NCBI RefSeq assembly: GCF_018350175.1
Contig: NC_058373.1
Coordinates: 103,480,001 to 103,544,000 of the forward strand
From: Felis catus
Taxonomy: Eukaryota
DNA length: 64,000 bases
Direction: 5' to 3'
A program made the position numbers and the translations under genes. This document shows, in pieces, positions 36,356 through 48,865 of the stretch. The first letter of the stretch is position 1; every line of letters begins with the position of its first letter. Under the pieces are notes generated by a model, which was not told where the DNA came from, searched no databases, and was given only the letters and a program-made list of their open reading frames with translations.

Positions 36356-38639
36356 AGAAATGTTCTCAGCTTATTTTTGTAATTAAGGATATGCTTAAGA
36401 TATGCTTAGGACTTTTATGAATCCTTATATTTAGATGTATTCACCAGCCAAAAAGCTGATGTAATATTGTCTATCTCCTATGGCTAAGAATGTTTTTCTT
36501 AATTATCACCAATTAAAAAAAATATAGCTTAAACGATTTCAAAATAGAAAGCTCTTATTAAAAAAAGATAGATTGTGATTATCATGGGAAGATCTCTTCT
36601 TACTGTATTAGCAAAAATAGAATTAATATAGTCCTAAGACAGTACAGCAAAAGTATACTGTATTCTGTTCCATGTAAAAGCAAATAGTTCCTTCTTGTCC
36701 TCTATTTCAGGATAGAGAAGAAGGCATCATCAAGGCAATATAAAGGTCAGTCATTGCATCCTGTTCTCCACCTTGCTGAACTTTCTTTATTACAACTATG
36801 GAGCTCATCCTGGAGTAAATTAATAGGTCCCACTTGATGTTTTCATGGCCAAATTGAGCAAATGTGTAAAGTTAGTGTCTATTAATGCCTATGCATTCAC
36901 TGTTCTTTAAATTAAAAATTCTATTTCCTATTGTTTTTTGAAAGTCTGCACTATTTTACATTTATCACACCTGTCAGCTTTGGCAAATCCAGAGATTCCC
37001 ATTTAGCACAACCAATGAAAATAGGAAAGCGGGTACATTTTTTTTTTTTTTTACCCAGTCACTTGGATGACAGCTAAGAAGTTTCTCATTCATGATATTC
37101 ATTTGAATTAAATATGTAGATATTGAAGCAATCACCACTTATCAACAGAATCTTGGTAGCAATATTTTTTATTGATCTTTTGCCTCTTTTCTGCTGCATC
37201 CTCCAAATGCCATAGAAAAGGGTAACTTTAAGCCCTTCTCCAAATATTTGGGCATTTCTTTGCAATGAGTGTGTGTCCAGAAGTCCCATTTGTGCTGCTT
37301 TAGCTCCCTCTATTGGCTCAGTGATTTTCATCAGAGCAGCAAATAGTAGCCATGGCATGTCTAGTTTTAGACTACTTTGGGGGTTGGGGGGGGGGGGTTG
37401 CGGGGGAAGCCTTGCTCTGTTTTAAGTTAGGGGGCCAGATCCAGAGGGATAAAGGCCATGCTTCACACATGTTTCTTCCTGTTACACATCTTGTGCCCTC
37501 AGCTATCTCAAATCGCTGATGCCCTGTTGATTAATCAACACAGATACCATCTTGGTCCTTTCATCTCTCCTGGGTTTGGAGTAATGTCATTACCCCTGCC
37601 TCCGCCTCTCATCTGCAAGGTGACTGCAGGAACAAATGTCAACACCAAACTTGGATGGATGAAAAAACTAGACTCAGACACCATTTGGATAAAGCAAGTG
37701 GTGTTGCAGTCAGGATAAACAATGGAAGTATCTAGGGCAAGCAGAAGTACAAGTTTTCCGATCCCCAAATCCTAAAAAGGCCAGGGACGGGAGTACATAG
37801 TTGGGCTAAAAATATCCTGTGACTAAGCATCCCAGGAGGATGAGATGTCCTCCTCCAATTTTATGAGACTGGAGAATTCTGCACACTAACAATTCTGCAG
37901 TAAGGCCAGCAACCGCTTACTGGGTCTGATATAGTGCAACGATCTCAGCGACATGGCATAACTACACAGCACAGCGCGGCCCAACACACTCAGGAACTTG
38001 GTTCTCGGACTCTCAGGGCTAACAATGTCCAGGTTCACCCAAACTACACAACTACAACAAGCAATGGTCACTCAGGCATCTCTGAATCATATTAACAACT
38101 AGCCATGGTTGTTACGGCATTCCTTCAACTAGCCATGGAATCTACAATCTGCAGAGACTTCTATTTGGAAAAGGCCTACACCCTTGCCTGCTTTCTGTTC
38201 TCAGCTTCATAGCCTTTACACCTATTCACTGAATTGGGTATAATTGGCTCGCCAGGACAACCCCGGGGGTTCTCCTAAGCCTGTAGGGATGCCCACTATC
38301 TTTCACAGGGTCCTTCCTCCGACTCACAAGGGGCCTTTAGAGCTCCCAGTTTTACAGACAGACCCTCTTCTGGCTCACATTTGCTTTTTTTCCCCTTTCT
38401 ACTTTGTCCTATATGGTCATAATACAATGAGAGGTAAGATCTATACTGTGCGTGATGTTTGATGGTGGTCAAAGGTTGCCCTTTCAGTGGTCCCATTTCC
38501 CGCATCCTCAGCCCAGCAAAGGAGGAGAGGCCTATGTGGGCCATTGCACTAGGACCTGAGGGAAGAGAAGTTGTCAAAACTTCTTAGAAGGAAAACAGAT
38601 CTTCCCTCTGCTCACATCCAAGCTTCTGCACAGAGTACA

Positions 38640-38810
38640 GTAGTCATATGACCTTGCGCTAATTACTTAACCTCTCCACGTCTTAGTTTCATCTCTAAAA
38701 TAAAGATAATTGATTGCAAATTTGTTACAAGGATTAAGCAAGAGAATATGTTTGAAACACTGGAACCTAGAAAGCACTTGGAAAACGGCAGCTACATCAT
38801 CATCATCATC
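38640..38810 (+). mobile_element. MIR
   Basis: TGACCTTG...TTACTTAACCTCTCCACGTCTTAGTTTC core. Confidence 0.65.
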
Positions 38811-38981
38811 ACCTCCAAGTCTGGTTCTGGGCCAGGCAGGAGAATTGCTTGGCTGCTCTATGGAAACCTTGTAATGTGGCTTGCCCTCATATGTTTGGGT
38901 GGAAGAATGGGATGTTAAACTTTAAGAAGAGTTATCCAAATTAATTTCATTTTTCTCTTCACGTTTTCAAAAATATTCTTT

Positions 38982-39210
38982 TTTTATTTTATTTTTTATT
39001 TTATAATGAAGTATTGAATATTTCATGTAATTTACTGAATACTGAAAGTGAAAAACAGAATGGTTGTATCAGTTGTTTTCTCTTTTTTTTTAATATATGA
39101 AATTTATTGTCAAATTGGTTTCCATAGAACACCCAGTGCTCATCCCAAAAGATGCCCTCTTTAATACTCATCACCCACCCACCCCCTCCCTCCCACCCCC
39201 ATCAGCCCTC
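38982..39210 (-). mobile_element. 5'-truncated felid-type L1 (39083-39210) with ~80-bp 3'-transduced segment and second A-rich tail
   Basis: L1 3' UTR similar to the 23250 copy; TSD AAAAATATTCTTT at 38969 and 39212 encloses L1, unique segment and tail. Confidence 0.85.
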
Positions 39211-39818
39211 AAAAAATATTCTTTAGAAGAGCACATTGCATGGATTCCAAAGCACCGGAACTTGAGAGTTCTAGTTCCATCTCGACTAGTAGCTATCTAT
39301 AGGATCTTTGGATTCTCAAAGACTCAGTTTTCTTTGCTGGAGAGTGGGGATTTATACATACTTTGCAAGATTGTTCAAAGAATTGATGAGATAAAGTACA
39401 CAAAGTTCTTCATATGGTATATGGTACATTGTGGGAGAGCCACAGACGCTGGTGTGCCTTCCACCCACTTGGGTCTGGGCTTCAACACCTTTATTTGTGA
39501 AAAAAAGGAGTTAGACTGGTTTTTCTCCAAGTTTTTTCACCTCGTACTCTGTGATTCTCATGACACTCTCTTATGGTACATAATGGCAGTCCCCAAATCA
39601 CAGGAAAGGAACCGGGAGAGAAGTTCCCCACAGAAAGCTTCACAGCTCTTGGCTCTTAGTCCCATGGTGTTAAATTCTCTTTCACTACCTGTTTGGGTTG
39701 CCTCACACTGCCATCTGGGAGCTTCCTAATTTCCTTTGATAGACTCTATAGCTCTCCTGAACCTCTTGAAACTTAAAAATATTTATGTATTGTTCTGGCA
39801 TCATTGTATAGTACGTTC

Positions 39819-39931
39819 TTTTTTTATATATTTGAGAGGGAGAGTAGGGGAGAGGGGCAGAGGGAGAACGGTGGAGGGAGGAGAGAGAGAAAAAATCTTT
39901 ATATATATATTTATAACATATATTTATATAT

Positions 39932-39977
<46 letters not shown>

Positions 39978-40290
39978 TATTTATTTATTTTGAGAGAGAG
40001 AGAAAGATTGAGCAGGAGAGGGGCGGAGGATCCAAAGTGGGCTGTGTGGTGACAGCAGAGAGCCTGATTCGGGGCTTAGGCCCATGAACTATGACTTCAT
40101 GACCTGAACCTAAGTAGGAAGCTTAACCCACTGAGTCACCTAGGTGCTCAGAGAGAGAGGAGAAAATCTTAAGCAGGCTCCACACTCAGCGTGGAGACCA
40201 ACGTGGGGCTCGATCCTAAGACCCTGGGATCGTGACCTAGGCCAAAATCAAGAGTTGACACACAACCGACCGAGCCACCCATGTGCACCC
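39819..40290 (-). mobile_element. Older Can-SINE (outer copy), interrupted
   Basis: Body 40150-40290 and GA tract/tail 39819-39897; CGTTCTTT on both flanks. Confidence 0.85.
39898..40149 (-). mobile_element. Can-SINE nested in the outer copy; tail expanded to (AT)n
   Basis: Flanked by GAGAGAGA...AAAATCTT on both sides; AT repeat at 39900-39974. Confidence 0.88.
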
Positions 40291-40439
40291 CCCTCCGCCC
40301 CCCCCTTTTTTTTATTATGCGTTCTTTAAAAAATTGTACTGCATTTTGTATCCAAGCCATGAAAGCCATGACCTGATTTGCTTCTGAGACCTAACCCATA
40401 GGCAATCTTCCTCATCTTGGTATATACCATTTCCTTCCA

Positions 40440-41425
40440 CTCAGTTACTCAATTAAAAACTGAGGTATCATTCTCATGCCCTCACTTTCCCTCACACCTA
40501 CATCCAAGCCATTCAATAAATCCTGCTCATTCTACCTTAAAAACATATCAGATACTCCAGGGCTCTCCATTTCCACCACCGTAACACTGGAATGAGACAC
40601 AGTCATTTCTGATAGAGGATTACTATATAAGCTTCCTCACTGTCTCCCAGCTTCCTCCTTTGCTCATTTACAATTTATTATTCTCCACATAGTAACCAGA
40701 GTGAGCTTTTAAAGAATGTGAATCAGGGGCGCCTGGGTGGCTCAGTCGGTTAAGCGTCCAACTTCAGCTCGGGTCACGATCTTGCGGTCCGTGAGTTCGA
40801 GCCCTGTGTCGGGCTCTGGGCTGATGGCTCGGAGCCTGGAGCCTGCTTCCGATTCTGTGTCTCCCTCTCTCTGCCCCTCCCCTGTTCATGCTCTGTCTCT
40901 CTCTGTCCCAAAAATAAATAAACGTTAAAAAAAAATTTTTTTTTAAAAAAGAATGTGAATCAAATTAGGTTATTCCCCCTAATTGATGTTCTTCAACTTG
41001 CTTTTCCTTGGTTTTTCAAGACCCTGTAAGATCTGGCCACCTTCATCTTATACCATTCTCTCCATCTACCATGCTCTAGCCAATATGAATCTTTCTGTTC
41101 CTTGAATACTCCAAGCTTATTGCTGTTTTAAGATTCTTATTTTAGCTATTTCTTTGCCTGGAGCGTTCTGTCTCCTGATCTTCCTCTGTCTGGCTTTCTT
41201 GGCACTCACATCTAAAGGCAAATATCATCTTCTTAGGGAGGCCATTCTAGACACTACAATCTAAAGAATCCACTCATATTTAAACTTTAATTTTCTGTCT
41301 CTCCTATTAAAATATATGCACCTTGAAGTCAGGATTCTGGCTTACCGTCTTTGCTTCTATAGCCACAGAGCCTAGATCTATGCATGGCATACAGTAGCTA
41401 CTCAATAAATAATTGAGTGAATTAA
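40440..41425 (+). mobile_element. L2 LINE 3' part, interrupted by a SINE
   Basis: Ends GGCATACAGTAGCTACTCAATAAATAATTGAGTGAAT. Confidence 0.7.
40726..40947 (+). mobile_element. Can-SINE (SINEC_Fc)
   Basis: Perfect TSD AAAGAATGTGAATCA at 40711 and 40948. Confidence 0.97.
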
Positions 41426-41473
41426 TTCAAATTCATTCTGCTTTAGCTTTACATCAATATTTAGTATCTCACA

Positions 41474-41486
41474 CCACTAGAGGGCA
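41474..41486 (+). promoter_or_regulatory. Candidate CTCF site
   Basis: CCACTAGAGGGCA matches the CTCF core CCASYAGRKGGCR. Confidence 0.45.
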
Positions 41487-41850
41487 ATAAATCACCTAAT
41501 CGGATGAGGAAATGTGTCTTTTACATCACCTTCCAAGATGAACTTAATTGAATTTAATCATTAATGTGACAGACATTAATTTAAGAAAAACACTCCCACT
41601 CCACAAATGGAGTGAGGAAAGAAGAAACAGATCCTCTAGATTTTCCAACCAGCCATTAGGTACAAACCTAGGAGAAAAAGTTTATGCCAGGGTTACAAAT
41701 AGTGAACTAATTTTAAACAGACTTCCTGTTTAAAGATGTTATTCGGGTTTTTAAAAATCTCGTTATTAAAATGAGAAAATATTAACTTCAGTGATATGAA
41801 ATTATTTGGACAGTCAGGAGGAAATTAAGCAATACCATATTTTCTCCATC

Positions 41851-41854
<4 letters not shown>

Positions 41855-41884
<30 letters not shown>
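41855..41884. repeat. (AC)15 microsatellite
   Basis: Pure AC run. Confidence 0.97.
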
Positions 41885-41888
<4 letters not shown>

Positions 41889-42904
41889 TCCTTGGTCACT
41901 ATTATTATTTTTGCTTTTAAAAGTCTGAATCCTGGTCAGTCTCCTGGGAATAGAGAATCTGAAAGGGATTTTCTTTTTTCTATTTTTGTATTTAATTCCA
42001 TTTAATTCTGAGCTTTTACTTCTGATCTCTCTTAAAGAAAGCATATGCCTAGATATGTTTAGGTTATGCTCTCAACCAATAAGACGTCAGATGTTTCCAT
42101 TGACAGGTCTGCCCAGCTTGAGGGACCAAAGTCCAATGATAAGAACAAGGTTTGCTTCTTGAGCGTGCTGTAGTGCCTGTCATTTAAGGCACAGAGAACG
42201 TGCAAATCACACAGCTTATCTGTCTGCTCAGTGACAAGGACACACTATTCTCGGTGAACTCAAGGTGGCAGTGTAGAGATACTTGAAATAAATTTCCTCT
42301 GCTAAGGTCAAACTATTCCGTGAGGGACTCCTGTAATGGTCCGTTGGTTGTAAGGACAGTTTTCAAAACCACATTGGGTCAGTAGCCATGACGACTGGAA
42401 GGCTGTACTGGAATTCACTGAGTTTCTACTTGCCTTGTCTCTGGAGGTGACTAATGACTTATAGAGGAAAAGACTAAGCCTGTATAGGAAAAACTTAATT
42501 TTTGTATTGTTGTTGATGCTACTTACACTGGCAGAAAAGACTTCCCAAGTGTGAGTGCTAATGGCTGTGAGAGCCAGGGTTGGTCAGACAAGGCATTTCC
42601 AGGGATCCACTGCAGGAGGGGACTGGCCTAGATTTTTCTAGTCACTTAGCAACGATGAAAGTAGTTTAGGGCACCCATCATCTGTGTTGGAGGGAGGAAA
42701 TATTCAAGATCAGCTTGCTGGTTTCTTTCTTTACATTCTCTTGACTAGGACAGGATGGATTGAATCCTCAGATCTGTGCTACTCCATTGCCACTAACTCA
42801 GTAAGAAGGATTCAAAAAGCATGCGAATGAGTTTTCATGTGGCCTCCTTCACAGAGGAGAGACCGTTATCTTCTATTCCCATGTTCTAATTTCCCACCAC
42901 AAAA

Positions 42905-43620
42905 GATGCATTCATATATCCATTTGGCAAACACTCATTTGTTGAGCACACACAAAACAGGTACTATACTCAAGGAGTCAAACGGAAATGAAGAATTAAG
43001 TTATGAGAGATATGGACAAAATACTACAGACGATTCAAAGGAAAAACACTTAAAGTTTCAAGTAAGAGGAAACAAAACAATATTTTACAGAGTAATGATT
43101 TTGGTCTTAAAGGATGAGTAGGATTTTAGTTTGATGGAGTTGCGTGATGAAGGGAGGGCACTCCAAAACCGAAGAGATAGAGTAAGCAGAGATGTAAATG
43201 TGAAATAATGCAGAATGTGCTGGCTATAGACAGAGTACAGCCAAAGTATGGGAAGTAGTAGGTGACAAGGCTTTAAAACAGTATTTCTCAGCCCAGAGAG
43301 ATTTTTTCCATTCAGGGGACATTACCAACATCTGGAGACATTTTTGGTTGTCACCACTGTATGGGGGTATGCTACTGGCATCTAATGGGTAGAAGCTAGG
43401 GATGCTGCAACGTACAGGACAGGCCCCCACAACAAAACTTGTCCAGCCCAAAATGTCAACAGTGCCAATATTAGGTAACCCTGTTTTTAAGGAAGGTTGG
43501 TCTTGGTAATGGAGGACATCAACTGTCAGAAGAACAAGATGGAACTTATTTGGTAGGCAAAGAGAGAGGCAGAGGGTTTTTATGGGGGAGAGTAAGTTTG
43601 TCAGTATTATAATTTATGGG
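42905..43620 (-). mobile_element. L2 fragment interrupted by MER20
   Basis: CATTCA...ACTCATTTGTTGAGCAC; GGTCTTAAAGGATGAGTAGGATTTTAG. Confidence 0.55.
43279..43483 (+). mobile_element. MER20 (hAT-Charlie)
   Basis: CAGT...CTGGAGACATTTTTGGTTGTCAC...GCTACTGGCATCTAATGGGTAGAAGCTAGGGATGCTGC...CAGCCCAAAATGTCAACAGTGCC...AACCCTG. Confidence 0.9.
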
Positions 43621-45909
43621 AATTACATGGATAGAAACATTCACAGCATTTCCCTTCCCTCATCCTTTAAGGAGAAACCTTGTTTGCACTACTTGGCTAG
43701 GCACCTATGTTGTACTTGAGGGTAACGGGTGGAGATGCAGAGGTGGAGAAACCTACATGAGCTAAACCAATCTCCATATGTAAGAACATGGAAACTCCAA
43801 GAGAAGGAAAGATCCAGAAGGTGGGATGAGGGAGGCTGTAGAGAAGAGTGACAGAGTGAGGAAAAGAATCAGCACAAATGGAAATAATGAGGAGAGCACA
43901 CTGAATTATGGGAGGTGCTAAAATAAAAGGCTTGCTTCTGCCTTTCGTGAGCCTACAACTTCCTAAAGAAGATCATACCTAACCAAGTCTCCAGTACTCA
44001 CAGGAAAAGAGCATGTATATTTTCTTCACAAGGCTGTCATTTCTCAGAGCTTTCACTGATGTGTAAAATTTACGTGGCTTCATCTTGGGGGTAAAAGTCA
44101 TTTGGGGCTGTTTTTCTTGTAGGTTTTTCTTACACTGAACATGAAGTACAAAACTGAAAGAATCCATACAAGTCTAGTATTAAATTATTTCTGACTTTTG
44201 AACTGCAGTTGGATTTGACACACATGACTAAGTATAGCCTTGTTCGAGGTGAGTCATCATAAATGTGGCCAGTGGGAAGCAGCAGTGGAGACACTGTTAA
44301 GTCTGCAAGAATATCAGTTCTTCATGTCACAGTCAGTTGCCCTGGTCTGTATTTCTCTGCCAACTTCCAGTGGCTAATAAGCTTTTGGCCTAGAGATGGA
44401 AGCAATGGTGCCAATGACAAAGATAAACAAGGTTCTCTGCCAGGAGCTAAAGCTGAAATCTTTCTGGTAATTGCAACCTGACATGTGCATGTCCCCAGGA
44501 TCATGGACCATCTCCACCATAGCCATTTGCTATCTGCCATGGCCCCAGGGACTTCAGACTATATGATGGCTGCCATTGGTGCTCCATTATCATGAATATG
44601 CCAAGGCAGAATGGTCATGTTCTTCTTGTAATTTTCCTGAGCGAATGGAGTTAGAAATGAATCGATATTAGGAAGGACACCCACAGAGCTCAGCGTTTCT
44701 CCATAGTGATCAATCAGAGATGAAGTCCATGCACCAAATTAAGAGAAGCTGGTTATGGGTGGGGAGAAAACCTTGCTAAAGGATTTAGTTGGAAGTCCTC
44801 TAGAAATGTTTTTGATTGCTACTTACAGCAAGCCAAATAATGAAGGCTTTATTATATTATTGCATGACAAGAAGTCCTAAGTGGATGGATTTTGTAGTTA
44901 CAACTTCTCTGCGATGCATCAAGGATACCGGTCATTTCCATCATTTCTATTCCTCATTCTTAGCATGTTGGCTTCTCTGATGATATTTGTTGCTTCATGT
45001 GGTGCCAGTTACTTCTGACCCTTCTATCAGGAAAGAAGAAACTTTTCCCACTACTTATTGTAGGCCAGGAGTGGGGAAATAAATGTCTGTCTAAGAGGAA
45101 GAGGACTGTCGTGACTGGTTTCGGTCAGCCATGATTCATCTTCAAGGGCAGGGCCATTTTATTAGCACAAACAACATTGGGGTTCCACTGCCAACAAAGG
45201 AGAAGAGCTATTAGGTAGACAACTGAGTGTTGTCTAGATATGTATATGAAATGGAGCTATGTCAGACTCATAATGTGGTGTGGGATGGAAATACGGTAGC
45301 CTCCGCCACTCTGTGCATGTTCCCATAGCTTCTTCTCCTTCCCTCCCTCCTCTGAGCTAACCTCTCCTTATATGGACAGATAGATTTCTAGTAAATTCCT
45401 GCTCATCCTTAAGATCCTACTGAATCATCTTCATGAGACCTTTCCTGGACCTATGTCCCCACGTTAGACATGTCCACCCCTGCCACCATAACAAATTCAA
45501 CCCTGCCATGTATTGTGATGAACTGTGACTATCTCTTATCTTTGTTTGTCATCAGATTGGGCTCCATGAGAAGTCCTACTTATATAGGTCATATTCATAT
45601 TCCCAAGACAGAGCACAGAGTGAGTCAATGAGGACTCAAAAGAGTTTTTTGTACTTGCTGTAATCCCTTAAGAAATGGTGTTTCTGGATAAAGCACACAC
45701 AGGAAACTTCATTATTTGGGATTGTTGTAGACTATACTTTTCAAGAAAGAAGGGCTCTGTCTCAAATTGAAGATGATCCTGTCTTTTCTACCTTTGACTG
45801 CTGGCTTCTAGTGCCAGCAGGCATCTCACCATCCCCATATCTACTCCAGCTCCCCAAATGTATGTGGTGCAATAAGACTGCTCATCCATGGTCCATCTCT
45901 GGGAAGGCA

Positions 45910-46115
45910 GTGTTACACTGGGAGAAGAGTCTGAGGTTTAGAGGTTTGAATCTTTGCTCAGCCATTCTTACATTCTACTAAAGAGCAACACATGTTTGGC
46001 CTGTTAACTAACCTCATTTGCTCACTATTAGAGCATGAGAATAATAGTTTCATAGGGTTATTATGACAAATGACATAACACATGTAAATTGCTCACTACA
46101 TGGTAGATGCTTTAA
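45910..46115 (+). mobile_element. MIR
   Basis: GGTTTGAATC...ATAATAGTTTCATAGGGTTATTATGA...CATGTAAA. Confidence 0.5.
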
Positions 46116-47062
46116 AAATATCCTTTTTCATGAATGTCTCTTAGGTCAAAGTTCTCTTATTTGCACATGATTTCACAGCCTAAGAGCCAAAAAGTTTTGT
46201 ATCACACAGTGAATTTGGGAAATTTCTTAGCTCCATTTCATATACATATCTAGATAGCTGTATAGTTTAAAAACCTAGTATAATTATATCTTTAGTTTTA
46301 AGCAAAGGTCACAGAATACCCCATAGAAATCAGTGTGTGTTTTACATACCAATCTTGATATAAGTGCAAAGAATTACTTATGGTAAGATCATGTGTATTC
46401 TAAATGAATGTAAAAGAATTTATAATTACCCCCTATTCATATGTTCACCGAGATATAATTTGCATACCATAAAACTTACCATTTATAGTGTACAATTCAA
46501 TGGATTTTAGTATATTCTGAGTTGAATAACTATTATCATGATCTAACTCCAGAAAATTTTCATCACCCCAAGAAAGAAACCCTGAACCCCATTAACTCTC
46601 ACTCACAATATTCTCTTTCCCCACCCTTAAGCCCCAGTCCATGGAAACTACTATTCTCCTTCCTATTTCTATGAATTTGCTTATCCTGGACATTTCATAT
46701 AAATGGAATCGTACAATATGTGGTCTTTTGTGTCTGGCTTCTTTCACTTAGTATAATTGTTTCAAGTTTTATTCATGTTGTAGCATGTTATAGGACTTCA
46801 TTCCTTTTTATTGCTGAATAATACTCCATTGTATAGATATGCCCCATGATGTTTATACATTCATTATTTGATAACTATTTGAGTTGTCACTACTTTTTGG
46901 GGATTATGAAAATGCTACAATGAACATTTGTGTACAGGTTTTTGTGTGGACACATGCTTTCATTTCTTTTGGGTCTATACCTCGGTGTGGAATTACTGGG
47001 TCATACGCTAACTCTGTATTTAAACTTTTGAGAAACCCTTAACAAAATTTTTTAAAGGGGAG

Positions 47063-47280
47063 GGGGTGCCTGGGTGGCTCAGTTGGTTAAGTATCTGACT
47101 TCGGGTCAGGTCATGATCTCATGGTTCATGGGTTTGAGCCCCACGTCAGGCTCTGTGCAGATAGCTTGGAGCCTGGAGCCTGCTTCAGATTCTGTCTCTG
47201 TCTCTCTTTGCCCCTCCCTGACTTGTGCTCTGTCTCTCTCTCTCTCTCAAAAATAAATAAAATGTTAAAAAAAATTTTTT
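47063..47280 (+). mobile_element. Can-SINE
   Basis: Full-length; probable TSD AACTTTTGA..AAC at ~47023 and 47281. Confidence 0.94.
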
Positions 47281-48096
47281 AACTTTTGAAGAACTTCTAA
47301 GCTGTTTTCAAAGTGGCTGCTATATTTACGTTTTTACCAGCAATGTCTGAGAGTTCTAGTTTCTCCACATCCTCACCAACAATTGTTATTGCTTTTTTTT
47401 TCCCCGCCATCCTAGTAAATGTGCAGTGGTATTTCATGGAAGTTTTTACTTGCATTTCCCTAATGACTAATAATATTGAGCATCTTTTTCACGAGCTTCT
47501 TATCCATTTGAATATCTTTTTTTGAGAAACGCCTATTCAAATCTTTTGCCCATTTTTAAATTGGGCCATTTATCTTTTTATTGTTGAGTTGTAATCATTC
47601 TTTATATATTCTGGGTATTAAATTTTCATTTGATATATGATTTGCAAATATTTTTTCCCATTCTGTGTGTTGTCTCTTCACTTTCTTTGTTGTGTCTTTT
47701 GAAGTACAAAAGTTTCTAATTTTGATGAAGGCCAATCTATCTATTTTGTTGTTGTTGTTGTTGTTACTCGTGTATCTTAGAGTCATATCTAAGAAACCAT
47801 TGCCTAATCCAAAATTACAAAATTTACTCCTAGGTTTTTTTCTAAGACTTTTTTATGTTTTAGGTGTTATAGTTAGGTCTTTGATTAATTTTCAGGTAAT
47901 TTTGCCAAATGTTATGAGGTAAGGGTGCAGTTCTATTCTTTAGCATATGAATGTATAGTTGTCCCAGCACCATTCATTGAAAAGACTATTCTTTCTCCAT
48001 TGAATTGTCTCAGCACCTTTGTCAAAAATCAATGGACCATAAAGGTGAGAATATAAGGGCTTATTCCTGGACTCTCAATTCTATTCTGTTGATGTA

Positions 48097-48865
48097 TGCA
48101 TCAGTCAGGGAAATAGAACAAGTAGGAGATATATAGAAATAGAGATATATAGGGGCGCCTGGGTGGCTCAGTCGGTTAAGCGTCCGACTTCAGCTCAGGT
48201 CACGATCTCGCGGTCCGTGAGTTCGAGCCCCGCGTCGGGCTCTGGGCTGATGGCTCGGAGCTTGGAGCCTGCTTCCGATTCTGTGTCTCCTTCTCTCTCT
48301 GCCCCTCCCCCATTCATGATCTGTCTCTCTGTCTCAAAAATAAATAAATAAAGGTTAAAAAAAATTTTTTTAAAGAAATAGAGATATATATAGATATAGA
48401 TAGAAATACAGATATAGATTTGTATATCTATATATGTATGTACATGTATATACACACACATACATACAGATATATATATATGTGTGTATATATATATATA
48501 TACCCACATACATACACCCAAAAAGAGATAGAGATCGATCTATTGCAATAAATTGGCCTATGTGATTGTGGCAACTCTGAAATTCACAGGGCGGGCTGTC
48601 AGAAAGGGCAGGCACAAGCTGAAGCAGTTGTCCACAGGCAGAATCTCTTCTTCAGGGAAGCCTCAGTTCTGCTCTTACAGCCTGTCAACTGATTGAATAA
48701 GTCCTATCCAGATTGTCTAGGATAATCTTCCTTTCCTAAAAGTAAACTGATTATAGACTTTAGTCACATTTACAAAATACCTTCACAGCAACACCTAGGT
48801 TAGAGTTTGACTAAATAACGGGGACTAGGGCCGAGCCAAACAGACACACAAAACTGACCATCGCA
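48097..48865 (-). mobile_element. MLT2 (ERV-L) solo LTR inserted in L1MB
   Basis: TG...CA termini, 5-bp TSD ATGTA/ATCTA; TCAACTGATTGAAT, AAAATACCTTCACAGCAACACCTAG, ACACACAAAACTGACCATCGCA. Confidence 0.85.
48152..48373 (+). mobile_element. Can-SINE (SINEC_Fc) inside MLT2
   Basis: Perfect TSD AGAAATAGAGATATATA at 48135 and 48374. Confidence 0.97.

Noticed and set aside
39097..39729. Longest ORF (210 aa, +)
   Set aside because: Starts within the L1 3' UTR read antisense and runs through MIR-like sequence; no recognisable domain
48163..48351. Recurrent MAQSVK.../...ERERQ... peptides in the ORF track
   Set aside because: Translations of Can-SINE copies, not a gene family
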